Assembly: GCA_964016885.1 (NCBI GenBank)
Contig: OZ024749.1
Location: 50,964,001 to 51,028,000 of the forward strand
Direction: 5' to 3'
Source: Eledone cirrhosa
Taxonomy: Eukaryota
DNA: 64,000 nucleotides
In this document: positions 27,491 through 38,514 of the stretch, piece by piece
How positions within the stretch are numbered: the first letter of the stretch is position 1
How the letters are laid out: each line of letters starts with the position of its first letter
Program-made: the position numbers and the translations under genes
The notes under the pieces: generated by a model
Database searches by the model: none
Told to the model about the DNA's origin: nothing
Seen by the model: only the letters and a program-made list of their open reading frames with translations

Positions 27491-27540
27491 AATGCACTGG
27501 GTGATTGCTGGCCTTGTCCCTGGAGTGGAGACAATTATTA
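27491..27540 (+). mobile_element. SINE 3' tail in the spacer (duplicated at 32524-32573)
   Basis: AATGCACTGGGTGATTGCTGGCCTTGTCCCTGGAGTGGAGACAATT matches 52085-52128. Confidence 0.75.
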
Positions 27541-27620
27541 ATAATTTCATTCTTAAGCCACGCAATGCTCACATTAAGGTACCACTCATGATAATAACAA
27601 TTTAAAAAAAACAACAAAAA

Positions 27621-30600
27621 GAAAACCCCGTGACCAAGAAATACCGGGATGGCGGCCGGCGGGGAATAGCCATGTCTCTAGGGGAGAACGACCCCTCTAG
27701 TCTTGGTTGACACTCGTTCTAGAAGTGGTAACACGAAAAGATTACCCCTTGGCGGTTAAGGATAAAACGCGACAAAATAAGGTAGATGTCTAATGATGAA
27801 ATCTCATACCGGATCGGCCGTCACCCGGGTAAAAAAGGGCCGCGTCCCTCAGAGAGGAACCAGACTGGGGTCGAAAAATCAGCTAATGGTTCAAACCTTC
27901 CCATCACTTCGGAGCTGGAGACCTCCCATAACCGGAATACTCCTACTGTTGGCCCTCCATGCTCACCACCAAGAAATCCAAAGAAAAAGAGAGAAAAATG
28001 GTCAAGGGAAGATAATAAAGAAGTCCTTGAGGCTTTCTACACTGCCATGTACTACCCATCAAATACATCGAATACAGAGCAAACATATATCAACTGGAAA
28101 AAGAAACATCCCGAAAACAGAGGCTATATTGACAGTAACAAACTAGCCAATATACGAAGAAATATTGTAAGAAAAAAGTTACTAACTGATATAGAAATTG
28201 ATCAGATCAAGCTAGTAGCACAAAGTCAGCGAAGGGAAAATGAAGCATGTGTCAGTGAAAACGAGGTAAACTGTAACACTTCGAATCCCAGAGTTGGGGC
28301 GGAATCACTGGCAACAGAACAAATTAAAGAAAGGAGCGAAAAAGTGGAGGGAGTGCATGCTCAGGATGAAACTCTAAATGAAAATAATGAGATCGTAAAT
28401 GATAAAGAAATGAATGAGAATGAACTTGCCAACTTGAAGGATGAAATTATGATCGAATGGATGAAAATGAAAGAATCTGACATGGGGGAACGAGACACCC
28501 TCCCTAAGATCCAGAACTCCAAACAGAACCAAAAGATAATACACAAGACTAACATAATTCTCAAAAACATTATCATCACAAACAAAATAAACATTACTGA
28601 CTTAAATCATCTCTATTATGCATCGGCTAAAGTCACCACTCACTTATGTGGAGTGAAGATGAAAAAACAAAGGAATTCCCACAAGAAATCTACTTGGCAA
28701 GATAACATCAATCGCCAAATAAACCTTCTCCGATCTGACATAGAAATTTTAACAAACTATAAAGTAGGTGAACATGTTAAACAAACTAAACTTAGAAAAT
28801 TGAAAAAAAAGTACAGTATAAGATCAACATGTGACATAGACATGCTGATAGAAACAATCAAGCAAAAAGTGTCGGCCAAAGCTGCTCGTATAAGGCGCTT
28901 TGAAAAACGATCTAGATTCTATAAGGATAATAATATGTTCAAAAACAACCAAAGAAACTTCTACAGAAAAATTGGTAAGTCAACAATAACTGCTAAATCA
29001 ATACCACCCAAGGAGGAAGTGCAAGAATTCTGGGAAAAGATCTGGGCCGAAGAAAAAGTTCATAACATACATGCCCCATGGATAGACAGACAAATGAAAG
29101 AAACAGCTCACCTTGAAGAACAAACATGGGAAAATATAACAGTTGAACAGCTGCGCTTGGCTCTAAGAAAAACCAGCAAATGGAAATCCCCAGGAAAAGA
29201 CAAAATACAAAACTTTTGGATAAATGCCTTCACAGAGTCTCATGAGCTGTTAGCCCAACTTTACAATGAAATAGTTAAGGAGCCAGAAAAGATACCATCA
29301 TGGCTAGTCAACGGCATTACATTCCTGCTACCGAAGAATGATGAGACAAACAATCCCAAAAATTACAGACCGATAACCTGCTTGACCACAATGTATAAAA
29401 TTTTAACATCAGTCCTAACTGAATACACATATGACCACCTGATAACAAATGACCTATTTCCCATTGAGCAGAAAGGGTGTAAACGAGGCTCATATGGCTG
29501 TAAGGATCAGCTTCTGGTTAACAAAATGATACTGGAAGATTGTCATAATAGACACAAAAATCTATCGATTGCTTGGATAGATTATAAAAAAGCATTTGAT
29601 AGTTTGCCACACAGTTGGATTGAAAAATGTTTAGAGATTTTCAAAATATCCCCCGTTGTCAGGAGGTTTTTGTCATTCAGTATGAGGACATGGAGAACGA
29701 CACTCCTTTTGAATAGTGAAACAAAATCACTGGAAGCTGGAGAAGTTAACATTAATTGTGGAATTTTTCAGGGTGACTCTTTATCACCGCTTTTATTCTG
29801 CATCGCACTTATACCATTAAGTAAAATGCTCAATGAAACAAAACATGGATATAGAGTCTATGACAAAACCATTAATCACCTGTTCTACATGGATGACCTG
29901 AAACTATTTGCAAAAAATGATGAACAATTGCAAGGGCTATTATCCACTGTGAAGCAGTTCAGTGATGACATTAAAATGGAGTTTGGACTGGATAAATGCG
30001 CCAAAGCAACGTTCACCAGAGGAAAGCTGCTGAAGAGTTCAGACATTAATCTTGATCGGGGGAACGTGATAAGAGAGCTTGATCAAGAACAAACTTACAA
30101 ATATCTAGGTGTTTGTGAAGGAGACGGAATCAAGCACTCGACAATGAGGGAAAGGATAAGGAAGGAATGTTACCGCAGAGTCAGAGCAATCTTAAGAACG
30201 GAATTGAATGCAAGGAATAGGATCGATGCCATAAACACGCTTGCCATACCAGTAGTAACCTACAGTTACAATGTCATCAACTGGTCAAGCACAGAGATCC
30301 GTAGGCTCGATACAAAAATCCGAAAATTCTTAACCATGCACAGAATGCATCACCCTAAGGCAGACATAGATAGAATATATCTCCCTAGGAAAGAAGGAGG
30401 ACGTGGGTTAATCCAGTTAGACATTGCGTTGAAAACTGCAACAATTGGATTATCCACATATCTAAGGGAATCACATGATTGGATGATCAAACTCGTTTTG
30501 AAACACGAAAGCACCAAAAGATCATATTCCATTACAAAAGATGCACAAAGATACAGTAATGGACTACAAATTTCAGAAGTCCCATTTACTGCTGAAATGG

Positions 30601-31576
30601 AAAACACAGAAAAAGCAAAGCAGGTAAAAGTAACTGCAAAGAAAGAACTGCTACAGAAACTGGCTAAGAAATGGCAAGAAAAGCCTCTGTATGGAAAATA
30701 CCCAGAGCGAGCTAACAATCCTGATGTTGACAAAACTTTAACCCATCAGTGGTTGGCATCCTCTGGACTGAAATCGGAGACTGAAGGACTGATTATATCC
30801 GCACAAGATCAGTGTCTGCCAACAAAAAATTACCAAGCCAACATAATAAAAAATGGGTGCAGCCCACTATGCCGTGTATGCAAAAAACAACCAGAGACCA
30901 TTGACCATATAATTTCAATGTGCAGTCCCATAGCTCCAACCGAATACCTAAACAGGCATGACAGAGCTGCACAATACATACATTGGATAATGTGTAAGCA
31001 TTTTGACCTGCCCCATCAAAAGAATTGGTGGGAGCATCAACCACCTCCCATACTTGAAAAAGATCACATCTCAATCTTGTGGAACTTTAGCATCCAAACA
31101 GACCGAAAAATAGATGCAAATAGACCTGATATAATATTGAAGGACTTTCAAAGGAGGGTATGCCTGCTAATTGATATGTCTGTTCCAATAGACAAGAATG
31201 TATCTATAAAAACATTTGAAAAATTGAGCAAGTATAAGGACCTGGAGATAGAAATTGGAAAAATGTGGAAATTGAGAACTAAAACAATACCAGTGGTTAT
31301 AGGCGCTCTGGGAATGATACCTAAGGGGTCTAACGACTACTTATCGCAAATCCCAGGAAACCCGCGTATAGGAGAAATACAAAAGATAGTACTAATGGGA
31401 ACTGCCCATATACTAAGGAAGATCATGTCAATATAAGTACATCACAAGTCTAAACACTAAGGATGCATGTGTGAATATGTATGTTCTTTCTTGAACATGG
31501 CGGACCTTGTTGTCTCTTGAGGTCACTGGTTGTGACTTGGTGATAACTCGTATAAACATAAAGCAAGATAAATGCA
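27621..31576 (+). mobile_element. R4/Dong family A, copy 2 (apparently full length; 5' boundary uncertain, could be ~27546)
   Basis: GC-rich structured 5'UTR, single ORF, ~140-nt 3'UTR, (TAA)n tail. Confidence 0.95.
27786..31436 (+). CDS. 1216-aa reverse transcriptase + CCHC finger + restriction-like endonuclease (R4/Dong clade)
   Basis: KSPGKDKI, NYRPITCL, QKG, WIDYKKAFDS, GIFQGDSLSPLLF, FYMDDLKLF, YKYLG, YLPRKEGGRGL, CRVC..ETIDHIISMC, RHD, RPDII..LIDMSVP..EKLSKY. Confidence 0.97.
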   Translation: MSNDEISYRIGRHPGKKGPRPSERNQTGVEKSANGSNLPITSELETSHNRNTPTVGPPCSPPRNPKKKREKWSREDNKEVLEAFYTAMYYPSNTSNTEQTYINWKKKHPENRGYIDSNKLANIRRNIVRKKLLTDIEIDQIKLVAQSQRRENEACVSENEVNCNTSNPRVGAESLATEQIKERSEKVEGVHAQDETLNENNEIVNDKEMNENELANLKDEIMIEWMKMKESDMGERDTLPKIQNSKQNQKIIHKTNIILKNIIITNKINITDLNHLYYASAKVTTHLCGVKMKKQRNSHKKSTWQDNINRQINLLRSDIEILTNYKVGEHVKQTKLRKLKKKYSIRSTCDIDMLIETIKQKVSAKAARIRRFEKRSRFYKDNNMFKNNQRNFYRKIGKSTITAKSIPPKEEVQEFWEKIWAEEKVHNIHAPWIDRQMKETAHLEEQTWENITVEQLRLALRKTSKWKSPGKDKIQNFWINAFTESHELLAQLYNEIVKEPEKIPSWLVNGITFLLPKNDETNNPKNYRPITCLTTMYKILTSVLTEYTYDHLITNDLFPIEQKGCKRGSYGCKDQLLVNKMILEDCHNRHKNLSIAWIDYKKAFDSLPHSWIEKCLEIFKISPVVRRFLSFSMRTWRTTLLLNSETKSLEAGEVNINCGIFQGDSLSPLLFCIALIPLSKMLNETKHGYRVYDKTINHLFYMDDLKLFAKNDEQLQGLLSTVKQFSDDIKMEFGLDKCAKATFTRGKLLKSSDINLDRGNVIRELDQEQTYKYLGVCEGDGIKHSTMRERIRKECYRRVRAILRTELNARNRIDAINTLAIPVVTYSYNVINWSSTEIRRLDTKIRKFLTMHRMHHPKADIDRIYLPRKEGGRGLIQLDIALKTATIGLSTYLRESHDWMIKLVLKHESTKRSYSITKDAQRYSNGLQISEVPFTAEMENTEKAKQVKVTAKKELLQKLAKKWQEKPLYGKYPERANNPDVDKTLTHQWLASSGLKSETEGLIISAQDQCLPTKNYQANIIKNGCSPLCRVCKKQPETIDHIISMCSPIAPTEYLNRHDRAAQYIHWIMCKHFDLPHQKNWWEHQPPPILEKDHISILWNFSIQTDRKIDANRPDIILKDFQRRVCLLIDMSVPIDKNVSIKTFEKLSKYKDLEIEIGKMWKLRTKTIPVVIGALGMIPKGSNDYLSQIPGNPRIGEIQKIVLMGTAHILRKIMSI

Positions 31577-31598
31577 AATAATAATAATAATAATAATA

Positions 31599-31638
31599 AA
31601 GGGCTGGAGACATGATGTGATGGGCAGGGTCATCCACT
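31599..31638 (+). mobile_element. 40-nt relic of family B (duplicate of 26566-26605)
   Basis: Identical sequence at +5033. Confidence 0.9.
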
Positions 31639-31648
31639 AACAACAATG

Positions 31649-31691
<43 letters not shown>

Positions 31692-32653
31692 TAATAATAA
31701 TAATAATAAGAATAAGGGAAGAAGACGCACAAGGTGGTTGAACGTCACGAAATTGCTCCCGTAAGTTTTTTGATTTTTAACATATTTAAATCAATTGTGA
31801 AAGAACAATTCTTAGCACAAATGTTGCATAAAGGCACCGAATGAGGTCCCATAAAGTTTCGGATCCATATTATATTGTTGTATCGCTCAAATATTCAATT
31901 TTGTATTATATATTTTGTATTCAAAAAAAGAAAATGGTTATAAATGGAACAAAACACCCTCTGTCTACACTATATAGAACAGCGGCAATTTCAATTTCAC
32001 CAACACCAGAAACTTGATACACTACCTATCCCATCACACTAAATATAACGGCAACTTCACCGGCATCATAATAATAATTACTATTATTATTGTCTCAAAT
32101 TTAAAAAAATGTTTAATTCAAATTTTACGGGAATATGTCAACACAAAATATAATGAAAATATATATTAAACATACGAACACAAACTCATAGATACTATAT
32201 CAGTAACCACAACACCACCGCTGCCACCTCCCCACCACATCCATCATCGCCGCCACCACTCATTCAATGCTACTGACACTATTCCCCTGTTAACTTGAGA
32301 GAGAAAAGGGAAGGTGGTGGTAGCACTAGACAAGAGAGAGGCTAGCAAAAGATATAAATAGATTGACTTGGTGACCTTGCCACGGACAAACGTCTACATC
32401 AACAATTATGGGACTGCTGGCTCACCCCTTCCTCACCAACAATATAAAAAGCCCCGGCACCACCACCGACATAGCCAGCAGCAATAACAGCCAACTACAA
32501 CAAAAAGTATATTATATTATTGTAATGCACTGGGTGATTGCTGGCCTTGTCCCTGGAGTGGAGACAATTATTAATAATTTCATTCTTAAGCCACGCAATG
32601 CTCACATTAAGGTACCACTCATGATAATAACAATTTAAAAAAAACAACAAAAA

Positions 32654-35600
32654 GAAAACCCCGTGACCAAGAAATACCGGGATGGCGGCCGGCGGGGAAT
32701 AGCCATGTCTCTAGGGGAGAACGACCCCTCTAGTCTTGGTTGACACTCGTTCTAGAAGTGGTAACACGAAAAGATTACCCCTTGGCGGTTAAGGATAAAA
32801 CGCGACAAAATAAGGTAGATGTCTAATGATGAAATCTCATACCGGATCGGCCGTCACCCGGGTAAAAAAGGGCCGCGTCCCTCAGAGAGGAACCAGACTG
32901 GGGTCGAAAAATCAGCTAATGGTTCAAACCTTCCCATCACTTCGGAGCTGGAGACCTCCCATAACCGGAATACTCCTACTGTTGGCCCTCCATGCTCACC
33001 ACCAAGAAATCCAAAGAAAAAGAGAGAAAAATGGTCAAGGGAAGATAATAAAGAAGTCCTTGAGGCTTTCTACACTGCCATGTACTACCCATCAAATACA
33101 TCGAATACAGAGCAAACATATATCAACTGGAAAAAGAAACATCCCGAAAACAGAGGCTATATTGACAGTAACAAACTAGCCAATATACGAAGAAATATTG
33201 TAAGAAAAAAGTTACTAACTGATATAGAAATTGATCAGATCAAGCTAGTAGCACAAAGTCAGCGAAGGGAAAATGAAGCATGTGTCAGTGAAAACGAGGT
33301 AAACTGTAACACTTCGAATCCCAGAGTTGGGGCGGAATCACTGGCAACAGAACAAATTAAAGAAAGGAGCGAAAAAGTGGAGGGAGTGCATGCTCAGGAT
33401 GAAACTCTAAATGAAAATAATGAGATCGTAAATGATAAAGAAATGAATGAGAATGAACTTGCCAACTTGAAGGATGAAATTATGATCGAATGGATGAAAA
33501 TGAAAGAATCTGACATGGGGGAACGAGACACCCTCCCTAAGATCCAGAACTCCAAACAGAACCAAAAGATAATACACAAGACTAACATAATTCTCAAAAA
33601 CATTATCATCACAAACAAAATAAACATTACTGACTTAAATCATCTCTATTATGCATCGGCTAAAGTCACCACTCACTTATGTGGAGTGAAGATGAAAAAA
33701 CAAAGGAATTCCCACAAGAAATCTACTTGGCAAGATAACATCAATCGCCAAATAAACCTTCTCCGATCTGACATAGAAATTTTAACAAACTATAAAGTAG
33801 GTGAACATGTTAAACAAACTAAACTTAGAAAATTGAAAAAAAAGTACAGTATAAGATCAACATGTGACATAGACATGCTGATAGAAACAATCAAGCAAAA
33901 AGTGTCGGCCAAAGCTGCTCGTATAAGGCGCTTTGAAAAACGATCTAGATTCTATAAGGATAATAATATGTTCAAAAACAACCAAAGAAACTTCTACAGA
34001 AAAATTGGTAAGTCAACAATAACTGCTAAATCAATACCACCCAAGGAGGAAGTGCAAGAATTCTGGGAAAAGATCTGGGCCGAAGAAAAAGTTCATAACA
34101 TACATGCCCCATGGATAGACAGACAAATGAAAGAAACAGCTCACCTTGAAGAACAAACATGGGAAAATATAACAGTTGAACAGCTGCGCTTGGCTCTAAG
34201 AAAAACCAGCAAATGGAAATCCCCAGGAAAAGACAAAATACAAAACTTTTGGATAAATGCCTTCACAGAGTCTCATGAGCTGTTAGCCCAACTTTACAAT
34301 GAAATAGTTAAGGAGCCAGAAAAGATACCATCATGGCTAGTCAACGGCATTACATTCCTGCTACCGAAGAATGATGAGACAAACAATCCCAAAAATTACA
34401 GACCGATAACCTGCTTGACCACAATGTATAAAATTTTAACATCAGTCCTAACTGAATACACATATGACCACCTGATAACAAATGACCTATTTCCCATTGA
34501 GCAGAAAGGGTGTAAACGAGGCTCATATGGCTGTAAGGATCAGCTTCTGGTTAACAAAATGATACTGGAAGATTGTCATAATAGACACAAAAATCTATCG
34601 ATTGCTTGGATAGATTATAAAAAAGCATTTGATAGTTTGCCACACAGTTGGATTGAAAAATGTTTAGAGATTTTCAAAATATCCCCCGTTGTCAGGAGGT
34701 TTTTGTCATTCAGTATGAGGACATGGAGAACGACACTCCTTTTGAATAGTGAAACAAAATCACTGGAAGCTGGAGAAGTTAACATTAATTGTGGAATTTT
34801 TCAGGGTGACTCTTTATCACCGCTTTTATTCTGCATCGCACTTATACCATTAAGTAAAATGCTCAATGAAACAAAACATGGATATAGAGTCTATGACAAA
34901 ACCATTAATCACCTGTTCTACATGGATGACCTGAAACTATTTGCAAAAAATGATGAACAATTGCAAGGGCTATTATCCACTGTGAAGCAGTTCAGTGATG
35001 ACATTAAAATGGAGTTTGGACTGGATAAATGCGCCAAAGCAACGTTCACCAGAGGAAAGCTGCTGAAGAGTTCAGACATTAATCTTGATCGGGGGAACGT
35101 GATAAGAGAGCTTGATCAAGAACAAACTTACAAATATCTAGGTGTTTGTGAAGGAGACGGAATCAAGCACTCGACAATGAGGGAAAGGATAAGGAAGGAA
35201 TGTTACCGCAGAGTCAGAGCAATCTTAAGAACGGAATTGAATGCAAGGAATAGGATCGATGCCATAAACACGCTTGCCATACCAGTAGTAACCTACAGTT
35301 ACAATGTCATCAACTGGTCAAGCACAGAGATCCGTAGGCTCGATACAAAAATCCGAAAATTCTTAACCATGCACAGAATGCATCACCCTAAGGCAGACAT
35401 AGATAGAATATATCTCCCTAGGAAAGAAGGAGGACGTGGGTTAATCCAGTTAGACATTGCGTTGAAAACTGCAACAATTGGATTATCCACATATCTAAGG
35501 GAATCACATGATTGGATGATCAAACTCGTTTTGAAACACGAAAGCACCAAAAGATCATATTCCATTACAAAAGATGCACAAAGATACAGTAATGGACTAC

Positions 35601-36609
35601 AAATTTCAGAAGTCCCATTTACTGCTGAAATGGAAAACACAGAAAAAGCAAAGCAGGTAAAAGTAACTGCAAAGAAAGAACTGCTACAGAAACTGGCTAA
35701 GAAATGGCAAGAAAAGCCTCTGTATGGAAAATACCCAGAGCGAGCTAACAATCCTGATGTTGACAAAACTTTAACCCATCAGTGGTTGGCATCCTCTGGA
35801 CTGAAATCGGAGACTGAAGGACTGATTATATCCGCACAAGATCAGTGTCTGCCAACAAAAAATTACCAAGCCAACATAATAAAAAATGGGTGCAGCCCAC
35901 TATGCCGTGTATGCAAAAAACAACCAGAGACCATTGACCATATAATTTCAATGTGCAGTCCCATAGCTCCAACCGAATACCTAAACAGGCATGACAGAGC
36001 TGCACAATACATACATTGGATAATGTGTAAGCATTTTGACCTGCCCCATCAAAAGAATTGGTGGGAGCATCAACCACCTCCCATACTTGAAAAAGATCAC
36101 ATCTCAATCTTGTGGAACTTTAGCATCCAAACAGACCGAAAAATAGATGCAAATAGACCTGATATAATATTGAAGGACTTTCAAAGGAGGGTATGCCTGC
36201 TAATTGATATGTCTGTTCCAATAGACAAGAATGTATCTATAAAAACATTTGAAAAATTGAGCAAGTATAAGGACCTGGAGATAGAAATTGGAAAAATGTG
36301 GAAATTGAGAACTAAAACAATACCAGTGGTTGTAGGCGCTCTGGGAATGATACCTAAGGGGTCTAACGACTACTTATCGCAAATCCCAGGAAACCCGCGT
36401 ATAGGAGAAATACAAAAGATAGTACTAATGGGAACTGCCCATATACTAAGGAAGATCCTGTCAATATAAGTACATCACAAGTCTAAACACTAAGGATGCA
36501 TGTGTGAATATGTGTGTTCTTTCTTGAACATGGCGGACCTTGTTGTCTCTTGAGGTCACTGGTTGTGACTTGGTGATAACTCGTATAAACATAAAGCAAG
36601 ATAAATGCA
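32654..36609 (+). mobile_element. R4/Dong family A, copy 3 (apparently full length)
   Basis: As copy 2; differences seen at 36332, 36458 and 36514. Confidence 0.95.
32819..36469 (+). CDS. 1216-aa RT + RLE protein (R4/Dong clade)
   Basis: Same intact motifs as 27786-31436; two substitutions near the C-terminus (I>V, M>L). Confidence 0.97.
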   Translation: MSNDEISYRIGRHPGKKGPRPSERNQTGVEKSANGSNLPITSELETSHNRNTPTVGPPCSPPRNPKKKREKWSREDNKEVLEAFYTAMYYPSNTSNTEQTYINWKKKHPENRGYIDSNKLANIRRNIVRKKLLTDIEIDQIKLVAQSQRRENEACVSENEVNCNTSNPRVGAESLATEQIKERSEKVEGVHAQDETLNENNEIVNDKEMNENELANLKDEIMIEWMKMKESDMGERDTLPKIQNSKQNQKIIHKTNIILKNIIITNKINITDLNHLYYASAKVTTHLCGVKMKKQRNSHKKSTWQDNINRQINLLRSDIEILTNYKVGEHVKQTKLRKLKKKYSIRSTCDIDMLIETIKQKVSAKAARIRRFEKRSRFYKDNNMFKNNQRNFYRKIGKSTITAKSIPPKEEVQEFWEKIWAEEKVHNIHAPWIDRQMKETAHLEEQTWENITVEQLRLALRKTSKWKSPGKDKIQNFWINAFTESHELLAQLYNEIVKEPEKIPSWLVNGITFLLPKNDETNNPKNYRPITCLTTMYKILTSVLTEYTYDHLITNDLFPIEQKGCKRGSYGCKDQLLVNKMILEDCHNRHKNLSIAWIDYKKAFDSLPHSWIEKCLEIFKISPVVRRFLSFSMRTWRTTLLLNSETKSLEAGEVNINCGIFQGDSLSPLLFCIALIPLSKMLNETKHGYRVYDKTINHLFYMDDLKLFAKNDEQLQGLLSTVKQFSDDIKMEFGLDKCAKATFTRGKLLKSSDINLDRGNVIRELDQEQTYKYLGVCEGDGIKHSTMRERIRKECYRRVRAILRTELNARNRIDAINTLAIPVVTYSYNVINWSSTEIRRLDTKIRKFLTMHRMHHPKADIDRIYLPRKEGGRGLIQLDIALKTATIGLSTYLRESHDWMIKLVLKHESTKRSYSITKDAQRYSNGLQISEVPFTAEMENTEKAKQVKVTAKKELLQKLAKKWQEKPLYGKYPERANNPDVDKTLTHQWLASSGLKSETEGLIISAQDQCLPTKNYQANIIKNGCSPLCRVCKKQPETIDHIISMCSPIAPTEYLNRHDRAAQYIHWIMCKHFDLPHQKNWWEHQPPPILEKDHISILWNFSIQTDRKIDANRPDIILKDFQRRVCLLIDMSVPIDKNVSIKTFEKLSKYKDLEIEIGKMWKLRTKTIPVVVGALGMIPKGSNDYLSQIPGNPRIGEIQKIVLMGTAHILRKILSI

Positions 36610-36636
36610 AATAATAATAATAATAATAATAATAAT

Positions 36637-37279
36637 GATCTGTGGAGAGAGAGAGGAGACTGTGGCTCACATTGTGTCCGAGTGTAAACACCTAGCCCAG
36701 ACCCACTATAAGGGCTGGAGACACGATGTGATGGGCAGGGTGATCCACTGGCACCTGTGCAAAGTAAACAATTTACCACATTCTGAGAAATGGTATGAGC
36801 ATAGGCCAGAGGCGGTGATGGAGAACAATCAGGTGAAGGTGCTGTGGGATTTTAGGATACAGGCGGACAAAAAACTGGAACACAATAGACCTGACCTGGT
36901 GGTTGTGGACAAAGAAAAAAGATCGTGTCTGATTGTGGATGTGGCCTGCCCGTTCGACACGAGAGTACAAGAGAAGGAGAGGGAGAAAATTAACCGATAC
37001 CAGGACCTAAACTGGGAGGTGAAAAGGATTTGGAACTACCATGAAGTCAAAGTGATCCCGATTGTCATAGGCGCACTGGGGACTATCTCCAAAAGTTTCC
37101 AGGGATGGTTAAAGAAAATCGGCCCCTTCACGCTTTTTGGAACGCTTCAAAAGGCATGCTTGCTTGGAACAGCAAGAACCCTCCGATACGTCCTGAATAT
37201 CTGAGGCTGCAAGGTAGTGGCTTGATATTCAATCCAACGGACTTTCCAGTTAACCAACATCAATGACTGAGATTCAAGG
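36637..37279 (+). mobile_element. R4/Dong family B, 5'-truncated (partial CCHC + RLE domain, stop at 37204), followed by (TAA)n to ~37336
   Basis: ICGEREETVAHIVSEC..RHD..IHW..LWDFRIQADKKLEHNRPDLVVVD..IVDVACP..EKINRY..IPIVIGALG..QKACLLGTAR; clearly divergent from family A. Confidence 0.95.
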
Positions 37280-37288
37280 AATAACAAC

Positions 37289-37319
<31 letters not shown>

Positions 37320-38227
37320 GTTATAATAATAATAATATATTCTATTTGCAACATGACAACGATGATAACGATAATCAATTTCAATGTTCAATTCTTGTTT
37401 GATCAATTGATACGTTATTGAATATGTTTCAATTTCTTACTAAAAATAAATAACAAAACAACACAGAAAGCAAAAACAACAACAAGAGTAACTTTGACTA
37501 TTGGAAGTTTACTCGTTGGTTCTGTAATTGTTCCGTTTGAGTGAGAGAACTAACACATGAGTAGAAAATAGAAAGTTAAAAAGTAATACTGCGAGTAAAT
37601 ATTAATATGTGTGAAATTTCATGTAAGAAGAATCGATGTTATAACACCATTAACGTTTCATTAATTCTTTTTATCTGCTATGTCATTCATTAATAAGTTA
37701 CATATTTTCCAAGTGATGTAAGATGTATAGAGAGAAAAGCAAACATTGATGTGAAGATGACGGCGGCGAAATATAGGAACGAAGTGATAATTGGGTACGA
37801 GGATTGCCTAAGGAATTATCGATTACGAAGAAACTTTTGTTTTGAAGATGGAGAGGCTAAAGTATATGTTTTGGGAGTTTACCCATATTGTAGTGAACAA
37901 AAAAAGAAAATGTGAAGCCTATATAGCTATTGATCATTAATAAGTAAGCATTACCAACAACAATCCCGAAGTTTAATAACTGAAAATAGTAAAATAGAGA
38001 ATTACAAGGAATCACCTATCAAGATAACGTAGATAACCCCTGCAATTGGCATCTTTTAGAAGAAGCTAAAACGTTCAACGTTATTATATTAGGGTTCCCC
38101 TTTTATTCGAAGAACTTTCCGTTTATTATCGTCATCTGTATAATTTCTACCACACATATAAATATAGTTCGAATGGAATATATGATATGGCGTTTCATCT
38201 AATGATACTTATCTAAATACACACACA

Positions 38228-38324
<97 letters not shown>

Positions 38325-38342
38325 ACTGTGTGATCTCTACAT

Positions 38343-38514
38343 TACATCCTCTGTTCCGTCTGTTTCTTACCTAAATATTGAACACGAACCCCCCCCCCCC
38401 ATATATATATATATATATATATATAATAAACATAAATGGCGTAGGATCTATGTAATTTTGGTGTCGGCAACTTCGTTTTGTCGATAGTTACAAACAAACG
38501 GAACAGAGGATGTA
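38343..38514. repeat. Short inverted repeat flanking a C-run/(TA)n
   Basis: TACATCCTCTGTTCCGTCTGTTT (38343-38365) vs AAACAAACGGAACAGAGGATGTA (38492-38514). Confidence 0.7.

Larger units (their letters stand above)
26030..36331. repeat. 5033-bp tandem duplication (3' end + spacer + element)
   Basis: ORF starts at 27786/32819 and spacer ORFs at 27375/32408 are offset by exactly 5033. No differences seen by eye, including TAA run lengths. Confidence 0.95.

Noticed and set aside
36605-36636. MQIIIIIIII start of the 199-aa ORF as a signal peptide or A-B fusion
   Set aside because: It is family A's 3'UTR ATG plus the (ATA)n run falling in frame with truncated family B by chance
25322-36779. Antisense and alternative-frame ORFs in the Dong array (e.g. 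25322-25705, 27375-27605, 27793-28146, 26395-26715)
   Set aside because: Shadow ORFs repeated only because the DNA is duplicated; no recognisable motifs; poly-Leu comes from (TTA)n
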